The position numbers and the translations under genes were made by a program. From an uncultured Bacteroidota bacterium (GTDB lineage Bacteria; Bacteroidota; Ignavibacteria; UBA10030; UBA6906), in NCBI GenBank assembly GCA_963700635.1, contig CAVOYH010000001.1:32001-96000 (forward strand): 64,000 bases of DNA, read 5' to 3'. Positions within the stretch are counted from its first letter, which is position 1; each line of letters opens with the position of its first letter. The notes beneath the pieces were generated by a model that saw only the letters and a list, made by a program, of their open reading frames with translations, was not told the DNA's origin and made no database searches. Shown here piece after piece: positions 41,854 to 51,127 of this stretch.

Positions 41854-43006
41854 CCCGATCGGTGTCCTGACCGGTGCGCATTTTATTGATGGCGATCATG
41901 CGTGTTGTGAGGGGGCCATTGCTGCGGGTTGCCGGTTCGTCGCAGGTTATCCCATCACACCCTCTACCGAAGTTGTGGAACGTATCGCCGAACGATTCCC
42001 GCTCGTGGGGGGCGTCTTTATTCAGATGGAAGACGAAATCGCTTCCTCGATCGCCATCCAGGGCGCGGTATGGGCCGGAAAGAAAGCGATGACGGTTTCA
42101 TCCGGACCCGGTTTTTCTCTCATGATGGAGCATATCGGCTTTGCTGCCATGACCGAGACGCCCTGCGTGTTTGTCGACGTTCAACGGGCCGGTCCTTCAA
42201 CCGGACTGCCCACCCAGCCGGCGCAGGGCGACATGATGCAGGCGCGCTGGGGATCACATGGAGACTATCGGGGGATTGCACTCTGCCCGAATTCGCCGCA
42301 GGAGTGTTTTGACCTCACCATCAAAGCCTTTAACCTCGCCGAGCAGTACCGCGTACCGGTCTTCTTTATGATGGATGAATGTGTCGGGCACATGACGGAA
42401 CGGGTCGTAATCCCTCCGGCCGACCAGATCGATCTGGTCCCGCGCCGGTGGTTCACCGGGAGTACGGAATCCTATGAACCGTTTCGCGCGGGGGAGGATC
42501 TGGTGCCCGCGATGGTGAAAGCCGGCGATGGGTACAATATTCATGTCACGGGGCTGACCCATGACGAACGGGGATATCCCAACATGTCGGTGCTGACTCA
42601 CGAAAAACTTCTCAACCGGTTGCATGATAAGATCGTCAATCAAAGCGAAACGATTGCCGACTATGTCGAGGATCAGGTGGATGGAGCGGATATCGTTGTG
42701 GTCACCTACGGAATCACTTCACGCACAGCCCTGCCCGCCATTGAGAGGGCGCGACGGGACGGACTCAACGTTGGTCATCTCCGCCTTATTGTGGTCTGGC
42801 CCTTTCCCGAACACCGTATACGTGAACTCGCATCGCACGTAGGGGCATTTGTTGTGCCGGAGCTCAATCTGGGCCAGATGGTTCTGGAAGTCGAGCGGTG
42901 TGCGGCGGGCAAGGTCCCCGTGACCCTGGTAGGGCATACCGGTGGCACGGTACATCAACCCGATGAGATATATCATGCAATTCTGAAGAGCAAAAAAGGA
43001 CGTTGA
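41843..43006 (+). CDS. korA: 2-oxoacid (likely 2-oxoglutarate):ferredoxin oxidoreductase alpha subunit
   Basis: AGYPITPSTE, QMEDEIAS, SGPGFSLM, QRAGPSTGLPT. Confidence 0.93.
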   Translation: MKADPIGVLTGAHFIDGDHACCEGAIAAGCRFVAGYPITPSTEVVERIAERFPLVGGVFIQMEDEIASSIAIQGAVWAGKKAMTVSSGPGFSLMMEHIGFAAMTETPCVFVDVQRAGPSTGLPTQPAQGDMMQARWGSHGDYRGIALCPNSPQECFDLTIKAFNLAEQYRVPVFFMMDECVGHMTERVVIPPADQIDLVPRRWFTGSTESYEPFRAGEDLVPAMVKAGDGYNIHVTGLTHDERGYPNMSVLTHEKLLNRLHDKIVNQSETIADYVEDQVDGADIVVVTYGITSRTALPAIERARRDGLNVGHLRLIVVWPFPEHRIRELASHVGAFVVPELNLGQMVLEVERCAAGKVPVTLVGHTGGTVHQPDEIYHAILKSKKGR

Positions 43007-43009
43007 CCC

Positions 43010-43894
43010 ATGGCTGAAGAGCTGTATGACCTCCACACGAGTGTGCCCGTCAATCCGGTCGAGTCGATCCTGCGTATGGACCGGATGCCGCATATCTGGT
43101 GCCCCGGCTGTGGGATCGGAACGACAGTAAATTGTTTCGCTCAGGCGGTGGAATCAAGCGGGCTTGACCTGCGTAAGACAGCGATCGTGTCCGGCATCGG
43201 ATGCACCGGCCGTGTTGCAGGATATCTGAATCTTGACTCGTTTCATACCACGCACGGTCGGGCCATTCCCTTTGCGACCGGTCTCAAACTTGCCAATCCG
43301 GAACTCAAAGTGGTGGTGTACAGCGGTGACGGAGATCTCAGTGCGATCGGCGGCAACCATTTTATCCACGCGGCACGGCGTAATGTAGATCTGACGGTGA
43401 TCCTCATCAACAACTCAACCTACGGGATGACCGGCGGACAGGTGGCGCCCACAACCCCGATGAGTGCCATCGCGTCCACGACACCATACGGGAACTTTGA
43501 ATCGGCTTTTAACCTCCCGGCGCTTGCAGAGTCCTGCGGCGCAGTGTATGTCGCGCGCTGGACGGCGTTCCATGTGCGTCACACCATCAAGGCGATCAGG
43601 GAAGCGCTTCTGAAGAAGGGGTTTTCGTTTGTCGAGATCCTTGCCCCCTGCCCGACTCTGTATAGTAGAAGGAACAAGCTGGGGGATGGACTTGCCCAGA
43701 TGCTCTACTACCAGGAGAAGAGCGAAATCCGTCATTCGGCCGATACCAAAGACGTTGCTCTGGACTTCCAGGGGAAGATCATCGTGGGAAAATTTGTTGA
43801 CAGGGTGAGGCCGACCTTTGATGAGGCGATGACGGAATACTACCGCCAACATCTTGGATCCCAATACGTCCCCGCGACAGCGGGAGGAGTGTAA
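43010..43894 (+). CDS. korB: 2-oxoacid:ferredoxin oxidoreductase beta subunit (TPP-binding)
   Basis: WCPGCG, SGIGC, HGRA, GDGD...IGGNH, YGMTGGQ. Confidence 0.93.
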   Translation: MAEELYDLHTSVPVNPVESILRMDRMPHIWCPGCGIGTTVNCFAQAVESSGLDLRKTAIVSGIGCTGRVAGYLNLDSFHTTHGRAIPFATGLKLANPELKVVVYSGDGDLSAIGGNHFIHAARRNVDLTVILINNSTYGMTGGQVAPTTPMSAIASTTPYGNFESAFNLPALAESCGAVYVARWTAFHVRHTIKAIREALLKKGFSFVEILAPCPTLYSRRNKLGDGLAQMLYYQEKSEIRHSADTKDVALDFQGKIIVGKFVDRVRPTFDEAMTEYYRQHLGSQYVPATAGGV

Positions 43895-43896
43895 CC

Positions 43897-44433
43897 GTGG
43901 CTCGCACGGAAATCAAAATCGGGGGGTTCGGCGGTCAGGGAGTGATTCTCAGTGGATATATCCTCGGGCGTGCAGCCTCCATATACGACAATAAATACGC
44001 GACCATGATCCAGGCGTTCGGCCCTGAAGCCCGTGGAAGCGCCTGCAGCGCGCAGGTGATCGTGGCGGAGGAGCCTATCGCGTATCCGTATATCACGAGT
44101 CCGGGCCTCATGGTCCTGATGTCGCAGGAGGCCTACACACGATTCTGTCCGGAACTTGCGCCCGGGGGGCTGCTGATTACCGAGGAAGAACTCGTCAGCG
44201 TCCGCAATCTCCGATCCGACATCCGGCACCTGTCCATCCCTGCAACAAGAATAGCGGAAGAGCTGGGGAAGAAAATGGTGCTGAATATTGTGATGATGGG
44301 ATTTTTCGGAGCGGTTTCGGGTGTGACAAGCAAAGAAGCGCTTTGCAAAGCGGTCGAAGTCTCTGTGCCCAAAGGCACCGGCGAATTGAACCTGAAGGCG
44401 TTTGAAATGGGCTGGGGATTTGAGCGTAAGTAG
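43897..44433 (+). CDS. korC: 2-oxoacid:ferredoxin oxidoreductase gamma subunit
   Basis: GFGGQGVIL, FGPEARGS, NIVMMG. Confidence 0.92.
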   Translation: MARTEIKIGGFGGQGVILSGYILGRAASIYDNKYATMIQAFGPEARGSACSAQVIVAEEPIAYPYITSPGLMVLMSQEAYTRFCPELAPGGLLITEEELVSVRNLRSDIRHLSIPATRIAEELGKKMVLNIVMMGFFGAVSGVTSKEALCKAVEVSVPKGTGELNLKAFEMGWGFERK

Positions 44434-44520
44434 TTCCCACCGTCCCGGCGCCGATGATACAGAGCAGTTCTGTGGAGAACAGCGTGAAGGCATACTCATG
44501 AAACATCTGCGGATGGTGTA

Positions 44521-45792
44521 GTGCCGTCGGAACTCATCATACTTCTGACCATGCTCGCGGTGTTTGCCGCCGGTGTGTTCTGGTGGAAAATCCCTGCGGG
44601 GCTTTCGCTCGCCCTTTCTTCCATCGCAGGTGCGCTGGTGGGAGGATACGGTGTACCGGTGCGCCATCTTGTGGAAGGCACGTTTGGCTATCTTGACGCC
44701 GTGCTGATCATCGCCACCGCGATGATTTTTATGAAGGCGATCGAAGCCAGCGGGGCGCTCGGAACCATCAGCTATGCCATGATCCGATCGCTCTACCGCT
44801 GGCCCACGCTGCTGATGATCCTTGTGGTGCTCTTTATTATGTTTCCGGGCATGCTTACGGGTCTCTCCTCTGCATGCATACTGACAACAGGCGCTCTGGT
44901 GACACCCGCACTGTTGGCCATGGGGATGCCCCCGGTTGCGGTTGGTTCCCTCGTGGCAATGGCCGCCGTGTACGGCATGACAGCGCCCCCGATAAACATT
45001 CCCGTCATGATCATCGGGGGAGGGGTGGATATGCCGTATATCGGTTTTGAGATTCCGCTTCTTCTCGCGACCATGCCCCTTGCCCTGGTAACTGCTGTGT
45101 ATTTTCGGGTTCGGTACGTTCGCACCATTGACCCCGTTGCGGTTCTGGCAAAACTCCCGGCGTCGGTGTACGGGCGTCATGGGATGAAGCTGTTTCTCCC
45201 GCTGGTTGTGGTGGTGGGACTGATGATCGCCGTGCGGGTGGTGCCGGCCTGGATGCCGGATATAGGGGTGCCGCTGATCTTTCTCCTCGGCGCGCTGGCG
45301 GCGTGGGGGACGGGGGAGAAGATCAACCTTCTCAAGGTTTCCCGGATCGCTTTCCGGGAAGCACTCCCCATTATGACCATCCTCGTCGGCGTGGGGATGT
45401 TTGTCCAGATAATGACCCTGACCGGCGTACGGGGCTTTATTGCTGTCAGTGCGCTGCAATTGCCTGCCGCTCTCCTGTATCTCGGGATTGCAGCGATTAT
45501 GCCGGCTTTTGGCTCCGCCTACGCGGCATCTTCGGTGCTCGGCGTGCCCCTGGTGTACGTTTTCCTCGGACGGAACGAGATCATGGTATCGTCAGCACTT
45601 TCCCTTATCGCGGGATTGGGGGACCTGATGCCGCCCCCCTCGTTGCTGTGCGTCTTTGCCGCACAATTAGTCGGGGAGAAGAATCACTTCCGTATTCTCA
45701 AGGAAAGCCTCCCCCTTATCGTGCTCTCGCTTGTCGTGGGGATAACAATGATCATCTATGCGGCCCAGCTCGGGTCACTTTTCCGCTACTAA
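44521..45792 (+). CDS. TRAP large permease (DctM-like, IT superfamily)
   Basis: About 12 TM helices; GMTAPPINIP and GDLMPP motifs. Confidence 0.8.
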   Translation: MPSELIILLTMLAVFAAGVFWWKIPAGLSLALSSIAGALVGGYGVPVRHLVEGTFGYLDAVLIIATAMIFMKAIEASGALGTISYAMIRSLYRWPTLLMILVVLFIMFPGMLTGLSSACILTTGALVTPALLAMGMPPVAVGSLVAMAAVYGMTAPPINIPVMIIGGGVDMPYIGFEIPLLLATMPLALVTAVYFRVRYVRTIDPVAVLAKLPASVYGRHGMKLFLPLVVVVGLMIAVRVVPAWMPDIGVPLIFLLGALAAWGTGEKINLLKVSRIAFREALPIMTILVGVGMFVQIMTLTGVRGFIAVSALQLPAALLYLGIAAIMPAFGSAYAASSVLGVPLVYVFLGRNEIMVSSALSLIAGLGDLMPPPSLLCVFAAQLVGEKNHFRILKESLPLIVLSLVVGITMIIYAAQLGSLFRY

Positions 45793-45806
45793 GAACAGGA
45801 GTGTGT

Positions 45807-45953
45807 GTGCTGCACTGGGTCTACATCGGTCTGGCTCTTTATTGCGCGGGTGTGCTGGTTGTCGAGTTGTTCAGCGAGAAACGCTGGCGGGAACAACTTG
45901 CGTTAGCGCTTATTCTTATTCCGTTTGTCCTACGAATCCTGCATATCAAGTGA
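45807..45953 (+). CDS. 48-aa two-TM membrane protein (not called separately in the ORF track)
   Basis: AGGAG RBS-like sequence and GTG start; MLHWVYIGLALYCAGVLVVELFSEKRWREQLALALILIPFVLRILHIK; GTGA overlap with the next gene. Confidence 0.75.
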   Translation: MLHWVYIGLALYCAGVLVVELFSEKRWREQLALALILIPFVLRILHIK

Positions 45954-47083
45954 CGCGGCCCATTACATCGTTTCACCACGTGAGGGCTCTGGCCCTGCTG
46001 ATCCTGGCCGGAGTGGTCTGCGTCGTGGCGGGTTCGGAATTTATGGCCATGTGGTCCCCCGACACGCTGTATCCTTCACGCGCACTCAGCAGAGTGGACT
46101 CACTGAGCACATACTGTCCGTCCCTACGGGGCACGCGGGCAGAAACGCGTGTGTATGTGTTCGAGAGTGATCTCCCCGGGCCGACGTTCCTGGTGCTTGG
46201 CGGCACGCATCCCAATGAACCTGCCGGATTTATTGCGGCCACAGTACTGCTGGAGAACCTCGTGCTTCAAGCCGGACGATGTATCATCATTCCACAGGCA
46301 TGTGAAAGCGGATTCACATGCACGGATCCGCTGGAAGGCTCGCCCCAGACGTTTTCCCTGGTCACGGCAAGCGGCAGGCGCACGTTCAGGTTCGGGGGAA
46401 GGGCCGCAAATGTAGTGGATCAATGGCCGGATCCCCTTGTCTACCTTCATTATCCGTCAGGACAGCAACTCTCCGGCAATGAAACCAGAAATCTGAACCG
46501 GGCGTATCCCGGCCGGCCGGACGGCTCGCTCACCGAGCGGACGGCGTATGCGATTGTAACCCTGATCGAGCGGGAGCATGTGGATTTTGCCGTGGACCTC
46601 CATGAGGCCGCACCGGAGATCCCGATCATCAACGCGATCATTACGCACGAAAAGGGACGGGATCTGGCGGCCAGCGCGGTGCTGAATCTGGAGTTCGAAG
46701 ACCTTCAGTATGCGCTTGAGCTCTCTCCGGAAAATTTTCGGGGCTTGAGTCATCGCGAATGGGGAGACGGGACCCCGGTCATTCCATTTCTTATGGAGAC
46801 GAGCAATCCGATTCAGGGACGACTGCGCGGCCGCACCTCGGAGCAGCTCATTGTGAACGGGGTTGACCCGTGGTACAAGATCGCCGAACAATTGGGAACC
46901 ATGCGGATCACCTACGATCCGGCAGGCGAACCGCTGGCGCGGAGGGTCGGACGCCATCTGCAGGGACTCCGCGCGCTGATCGACGCGTACAATACCGAAC
47001 ATCCCGAGACACCGCTTCTGCTCGGAGAATTACCCGGTTACACACAACTCATGGAACACGGAGTGGAACGGTACCTCCGGTAA
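45950..47083 (+). CDS. Membrane-anchored succinylglutamate desuccinylase/aspartoacylase-family deacylase
   Basis: GGTHPNEPAG, RNLNRAYPG, DLHE and MET motifs; N-terminal TM. Confidence 0.88.
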   Translation: MTRPITSFHHVRALALLILAGVVCVVAGSEFMAMWSPDTLYPSRALSRVDSLSTYCPSLRGTRAETRVYVFESDLPGPTFLVLGGTHPNEPAGFIAATVLLENLVLQAGRCIIIPQACESGFTCTDPLEGSPQTFSLVTASGRRTFRFGGRAANVVDQWPDPLVYLHYPSGQQLSGNETRNLNRAYPGRPDGSLTERTAYAIVTLIEREHVDFAVDLHEAAPEIPIINAIITHEKGRDLAASAVLNLEFEDLQYALELSPENFRGLSHREWGDGTPVIPFLMETSNPIQGRLRGRTSEQLIVNGVDPWYKIAEQLGTMRITYDPAGEPLARRVGRHLQGLRALIDAYNTEHPETPLLLGELPGYTQLMEHGVERYLR

Positions 47084-47130
47084 TGACACTATTGACCAAT
47101 CACGCACACACGATACAGTATATGGAGATC

Positions 47131-47688
47131 ATGATGAACCGACTGACCTTTTTCCGGCTTGTTCTTTTCCTGGTGGTGGCTGCAACAGTACAGGGTGTCT
47201 CACAGGACAAACCGGCCTTCAAGGCACCCATCCTCATTACTTCCGCCGGCCAGAGCGCCGATGTAAGTCTTGCCGGCAATCTCTGTAAGAGAGCGGGACT
47301 GGAAGCCAGGGTGGTGCCAACGGCCTCCGCAGCGGACCTAAAAGGGTTCAAGACAGTTATGATTGTTGCCGGATTCAGTTCCAAGGGACTCGGGGCAGCC
47401 GGCACAAGCCGCGAGCAGGAGCTGGACCGGGTGAAGAACCTGGTCATCGCAGCACAAAAAGCCGGGCTGCCGATCTTGACGCTGCATATCGGCGGCAAAG
47501 CGCGACGGGGGAGCCAGTCGGACGACTTTAACAAGCTCGCGGCAGATGCCGCCCTGCATCTCATCGTGGTCACCCAGGGTGACGAAGATGGCTTCTTTAC
47601 AAAGATAGCACGAGAGCGTAAAGTGAAGCTGGAATTGGTCGATAAGATTGTCGGAGTAGTGGCTCCCCTTTCTGCGGCATTCAAATAG
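47131..47688 (+). CDS. Exported DUF6305-like protein
   Basis: Signal peptide; PILITSAGQSAD, GFSSKGLGAAG, HIGGKARRG, GDEDGFF. Confidence 0.75.
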   Translation: MMNRLTFFRLVLFLVVAATVQGVSQDKPAFKAPILITSAGQSADVSLAGNLCKRAGLEARVVPTASAADLKGFKTVMIVAGFSSKGLGAAGTSREQELDRVKNLVIAAQKAGLPILTLHIGGKARRGSQSDDFNKLAADAALHLIVVTQGDEDGFFTKIARERKVKLELVDKIVGVVAPLSAAFK

Positions 47689-47741
47689 AGTCAGGCAGGA
47701 GTGGTTTTTTTAACGGAGAAAGACGTATGCGGAGAGAGCGT

Positions 47742-49550
47742 ATGATGAACGGGAGACCGATCTTTTGGTGCCTATTGACATTTCTCTGTCTGTCGCTGAC
47801 CGTGTCGTCGCAGACTGTACCCGGCGGCGCACATACCGTTGTCGCAACCGGAACAAAAGGGATGGCCGCCACGGCCCACCCCCTGGCTTCTGAAGCTGCA
47901 ATCATCATGCTGCAGCGCGGAGGAAATGCGGTTGATGCTGCGGTTGCGGCGACTTTTGCAATCGGTGTTGTCGAGCCGGATGGTTCTGGACTCGGTGGAG
48001 GGGGAGGAGCGCTGATCTACCTCGCAAAGGAAAAGAAGGCCGTCTATATAAACTTCTACCCGTGTGCCTCATCGGACGTGACCAGTCTGTCGCCGTATTC
48101 CCGCAGTGATGCTCAGACCGGAAAGGCCATCCTTGTTCCAGGGACTGTTGCAGGGCTTACGCTCGCACTCGAACGATACGGGACCCTGCCGCTCGCAACG
48201 GTTCTCGGGCCGGCTATCCGGCTTGCACGGGACGGCTTTCCGATTGACGAGACGCTGGGGAGGATTATCCTGGACAACGTCCCGCTGGTGCAACGGGATT
48301 CCGCCACCGCAGCGATCTACCTGCGCGATGGGTTTCCGTTGATGGAAGGTGATACGCTCCGCCAGCCCGAGCTCGCGAAAACCCTCACCGCCATCGCCAT
48401 AGAAGGGCGTGCAGGCTTCTATGAGGGTCCCATTGCACGGACGATCGTGAATGATGTACGCCGTGCGGGAGGAGCGATGACCCTGGAGGATCTCCGTCGT
48501 ACAACAGCACAGGTGCTGGAGCCCCTGCATGGCACCTACCGCGGCTACAGTGTCCTCACCACCCCGCCTCCGCAGTCCGGTCCGCTTGTGCTGGAAGCGT
48601 TAAACATTCTGGAGAACGAGCAGCTTGCTGCGCTCGGGCGCTTCGACTCCTCCGGTCAAGCAATGCACCTTATTGCTGAAACCTTCCGGCGCGTGTATGC
48701 CGATCGTACGTCATTTCTTGCCGATCCACGTTTTGAGCACGTGCCGGTCCGTGGTCTGATCGACAAAGCGTATGCGCGCAGCCGTATGGATGATATCAAC
48801 CGGTTCAAGGCAGATCCCCCGGAGTACAGAAAGACACGTTCAGGGAATCCGGCTGCGTATCAGACCGGAGAGCCGAACCGGGACACGTCTCGAGTGTCCA
48901 GGCCCGCCGGAGTCGGGAAAAGTCAGGAGAGCAGGGACGACGATAACGGATCATCCTCCGGGATGAAGCATGGTATCGACGCCGGAACAGAAAGGGATGG
49001 ACATACGACACATCTGGGCGTTATGGACAGAGAGGGGAATGTTGTTTCGCTTACCCAGACACTGGGAACGTTTTTCGGATCGGGGGTGACGACAGCCGGC
49101 GTGCTCATGAACAATGCTATGTCCAATTTTGCCACCACCGTGTCGCGCAATGCGATGGAGCCAGGCAAACAACCACGAAGCTCCATAGCGCCAACCATTC
49201 TTCTAAAAAATGGTGAACCCTTCATGTCTGTTGGTTCACCCGGCGCAACCCGCATCATTGCAACGGTTGTTCAGCTTATCGTGAACATTGTGGACTACGG
49301 GATGACGGCAGAGGATGCAAATGCCGCCCCCAGATTCTTCTGCCAGAAAGCGGATGATTACCTGCATTGTGAGGGACGGATTAGCGAGCAGGTACAGGAA
49401 GACCTCAAGAAAAGAGGGCACGCGCTCCGTGTGTACGGCGATTATGATCTTTTTTTTGGCGGAGCCCAGATTATTCTCCGCGATCCCTCAACCGGACTGC
49501 TCTCGGGTTCTGCTGATCCCCGGCGGGGTGGAGTCGCTTTAGGATACTGA
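47742..49550 (+). CDS. ggt: Exported gamma-glutamyltransferase (CapD-like features)
   Basis: GGNAVDAAVA, EPDGSGLGGGG, VPGTVAG, autocleavage TTH, GSPGA, ADPRR. Confidence 0.93.
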   Translation: MMNGRPIFWCLLTFLCLSLTVSSQTVPGGAHTVVATGTKGMAATAHPLASEAAIIMLQRGGNAVDAAVAATFAIGVVEPDGSGLGGGGGALIYLAKEKKAVYINFYPCASSDVTSLSPYSRSDAQTGKAILVPGTVAGLTLALERYGTLPLATVLGPAIRLARDGFPIDETLGRIILDNVPLVQRDSATAAIYLRDGFPLMEGDTLRQPELAKTLTAIAIEGRAGFYEGPIARTIVNDVRRAGGAMTLEDLRRTTAQVLEPLHGTYRGYSVLTTPPPQSGPLVLEALNILENEQLAALGRFDSSGQAMHLIAETFRRVYADRTSFLADPRFEHVPVRGLIDKAYARSRMDDINRFKADPPEYRKTRSGNPAAYQTGEPNRDTSRVSRPAGVGKSQESRDDDNGSSSGMKHGIDAGTERDGHTTHLGVMDREGNVVSLTQTLGTFFGSGVTTAGVLMNNAMSNFATTVSRNAMEPGKQPRSSIAPTILLKNGEPFMSVGSPGATRIIATVVQLIVNIVDYGMTAEDANAAPRFFCQKADDYLHCEGRISEQVQEDLKKRGHALRVYGDYDLFFGGAQIILRDPSTGLLSGSADPRRGGVALGY

Positions 49551-49559
49551 GATTTTTTT

Positions 49560-50705
49560 ATGGTCACCGTTGCCGTTCTTCTGGGTCTGGTTTGTGCGGC
49601 ACTTGGTGTCGAGAGATACGTGGTGCACAAACGTGTCTCTGCGCTCCGTGTACGCATCCATGTGGGCGGAACGCGGGGGAAATCCAGCGTCGTCAGGTAT
49701 ATTACCGCGGCATTACGAGATCAGGGTTACCGGGTTCTCGGCAAAGTGACAGGCGAGACGCCGATGGTTCTCCTGCCTGATGGGCGAAGAGAACTCCTTC
49801 GCAGGCGCGGCCCCGCACGTGTTCAGGAGCAGGTGCGCATGCTGCGCCTGACGAAGAAACACTCCTGCGACGCACTGGTCCTGGAATGTATGTCCCTGAA
49901 CCCCCTCCTGCAGTCTCTCGAATCACGTATCCTGCGACCGACTCTCTCTGTTTTGACCAACATTCTGGACGACCACCGGGAAGAATTCGGATCTACACCG
50001 GATACGCAGGCAGAGGCGCTGTGTTCATTCTTCCCTTCCCGTTCCGTACTCGTCTCCAACGAACTCCTCTATGCAGACCTTGTGGCATCACATGCCGCGC
50101 GGAAACGTACCCGGGTGGTTCGCGCCGAAGGTGCTACGATGGACCTTCCGGCTGTCCTTCCTCCCGGGGTATTTCGCGGAAACATAGCGCTGGCACTGAA
50201 CGTGTGTGATGAGCTGGGGCTCGACCGCGCCGGAGCGATGACGGCGATTCTCGAAGAGATCCGGACTACAATCGGACCACTTTCCACCCTTACCCCATCG
50301 GCCGCCAGCATATCCTTCCTGAATGGTTTTGCCGTGAATGATGTCCCGTCTGCCCGGAAATTTCTTGCAGAGTGGAGGGTTCATGCCAAGAACTCCCGGT
50401 CCATGGTTTTCATCCTGAATACCCGGGCAGATCGGCCACTCCGCTCGCTTCAATTTGCCAGGTGGTGCGGCACACTGACGGATCTTGATCACGTGGTGGT
50501 AACGGGAACCCACCGTGCCAGAACCCGGAGAGCGTTACGGGCGAGCGGGATACAAAACCACCGCATCACGGCATGGTCACGGCGTGATGTGCATGATCCC
50601 CTGAACGCCCTGGGCCGTCTGCAGTTACCGGAGGGTTGTCTGGTGGTAGGTCTCGGGAATATCGCCGGCGACGGATTCAGCATTCTCAAAGGAATCCAAC
50701 GATGA
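49560..50705 (+). CDS. pgsB: Poly-gamma-glutamate synthase PgsB/CapB
   Basis: N-terminal TM; RIHVGGTRGKS P-loop, EQVR, ECMSL, TNILDDH, NGFAVND, NTRADR, GNI. Confidence 0.92.
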   Translation: MVTVAVLLGLVCAALGVERYVVHKRVSALRVRIHVGGTRGKSSVVRYITAALRDQGYRVLGKVTGETPMVLLPDGRRELLRRRGPARVQEQVRMLRLTKKHSCDALVLECMSLNPLLQSLESRILRPTLSVLTNILDDHREEFGSTPDTQAEALCSFFPSRSVLVSNELLYADLVASHAARKRTRVVRAEGATMDLPAVLPPGVFRGNIALALNVCDELGLDRAGAMTAILEEIRTTIGPLSTLTPSAASISFLNGFAVNDVPSARKFLAEWRVHAKNSRSMVFILNTRADRPLRSLQFARWCGTLTDLDHVVVTGTHRARTRRALRASGIQNHRITAWSRRDVHDPLNALGRLQLPEGCLVVGLGNIAGDGFSILKGIQR

Positions 50706-51127
50706 TCATAGAGGCGCTCTTTATCGGACTGGTGGTGGGTTTCCTTTTCTATGAATGGATCGGCTACTCCCCTGGCGGGGTGGTGGCGCCGGGGTACCTT
50801 GCGCTGTTCGTCACAGAACCCCAGCGTATACTTGTGACCGTTCTGCTTGCATGTATTGTCTGGGGCATACTGCAGATTCTGTCCGGATCCCTGATTCTGT
50901 ATGGCAGACGCCGGTTACTCCTCGCGCTGCTCCTGGGATTTGGGGCGACCCTGGCCGTTGAGCTGTGGGTACAACCCGTCGGCGGCATTGCCATCGATGT
51001 GCAGTCCATCGGTTATATCATCCCCGGCCTTGTCGCCCATGAAATGGTGAGGCAGAAGGTGGTCCCCACTCTCGCCAGTCTCGGGATTGTCACCGTGGTT
51101 GTTGCATTGATTCTGATGTTATGGTGA
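50702..51127 (+). CDS. pgsC: Poly-gamma-glutamate biosynthesis protein PgsC/CapC
   Basis: GYSPGGVVAPGYLAL, ILYGRRR and SIGYIIPGLVA; ATGA overlap with pgsB. Confidence 0.93.
   Translation: MIIEALFIGLVVGFLFYEWIGYSPGGVVAPGYLALFVTEPQRILVTVLLACIVWGILQILSGSLILYGRRRLLLALLLGFGATLAVELWVQPVGGIAIDVQSIGYIIPGLVAHEMVRQKVVPTLASLGIVTVVVALILMLW

Noticed and set aside
43840-45459. 539-aa minus-strand ORF rich in His/Arg
   Set aside because: Antisense to korC and the hydrophobic permease; no recognisable motifs
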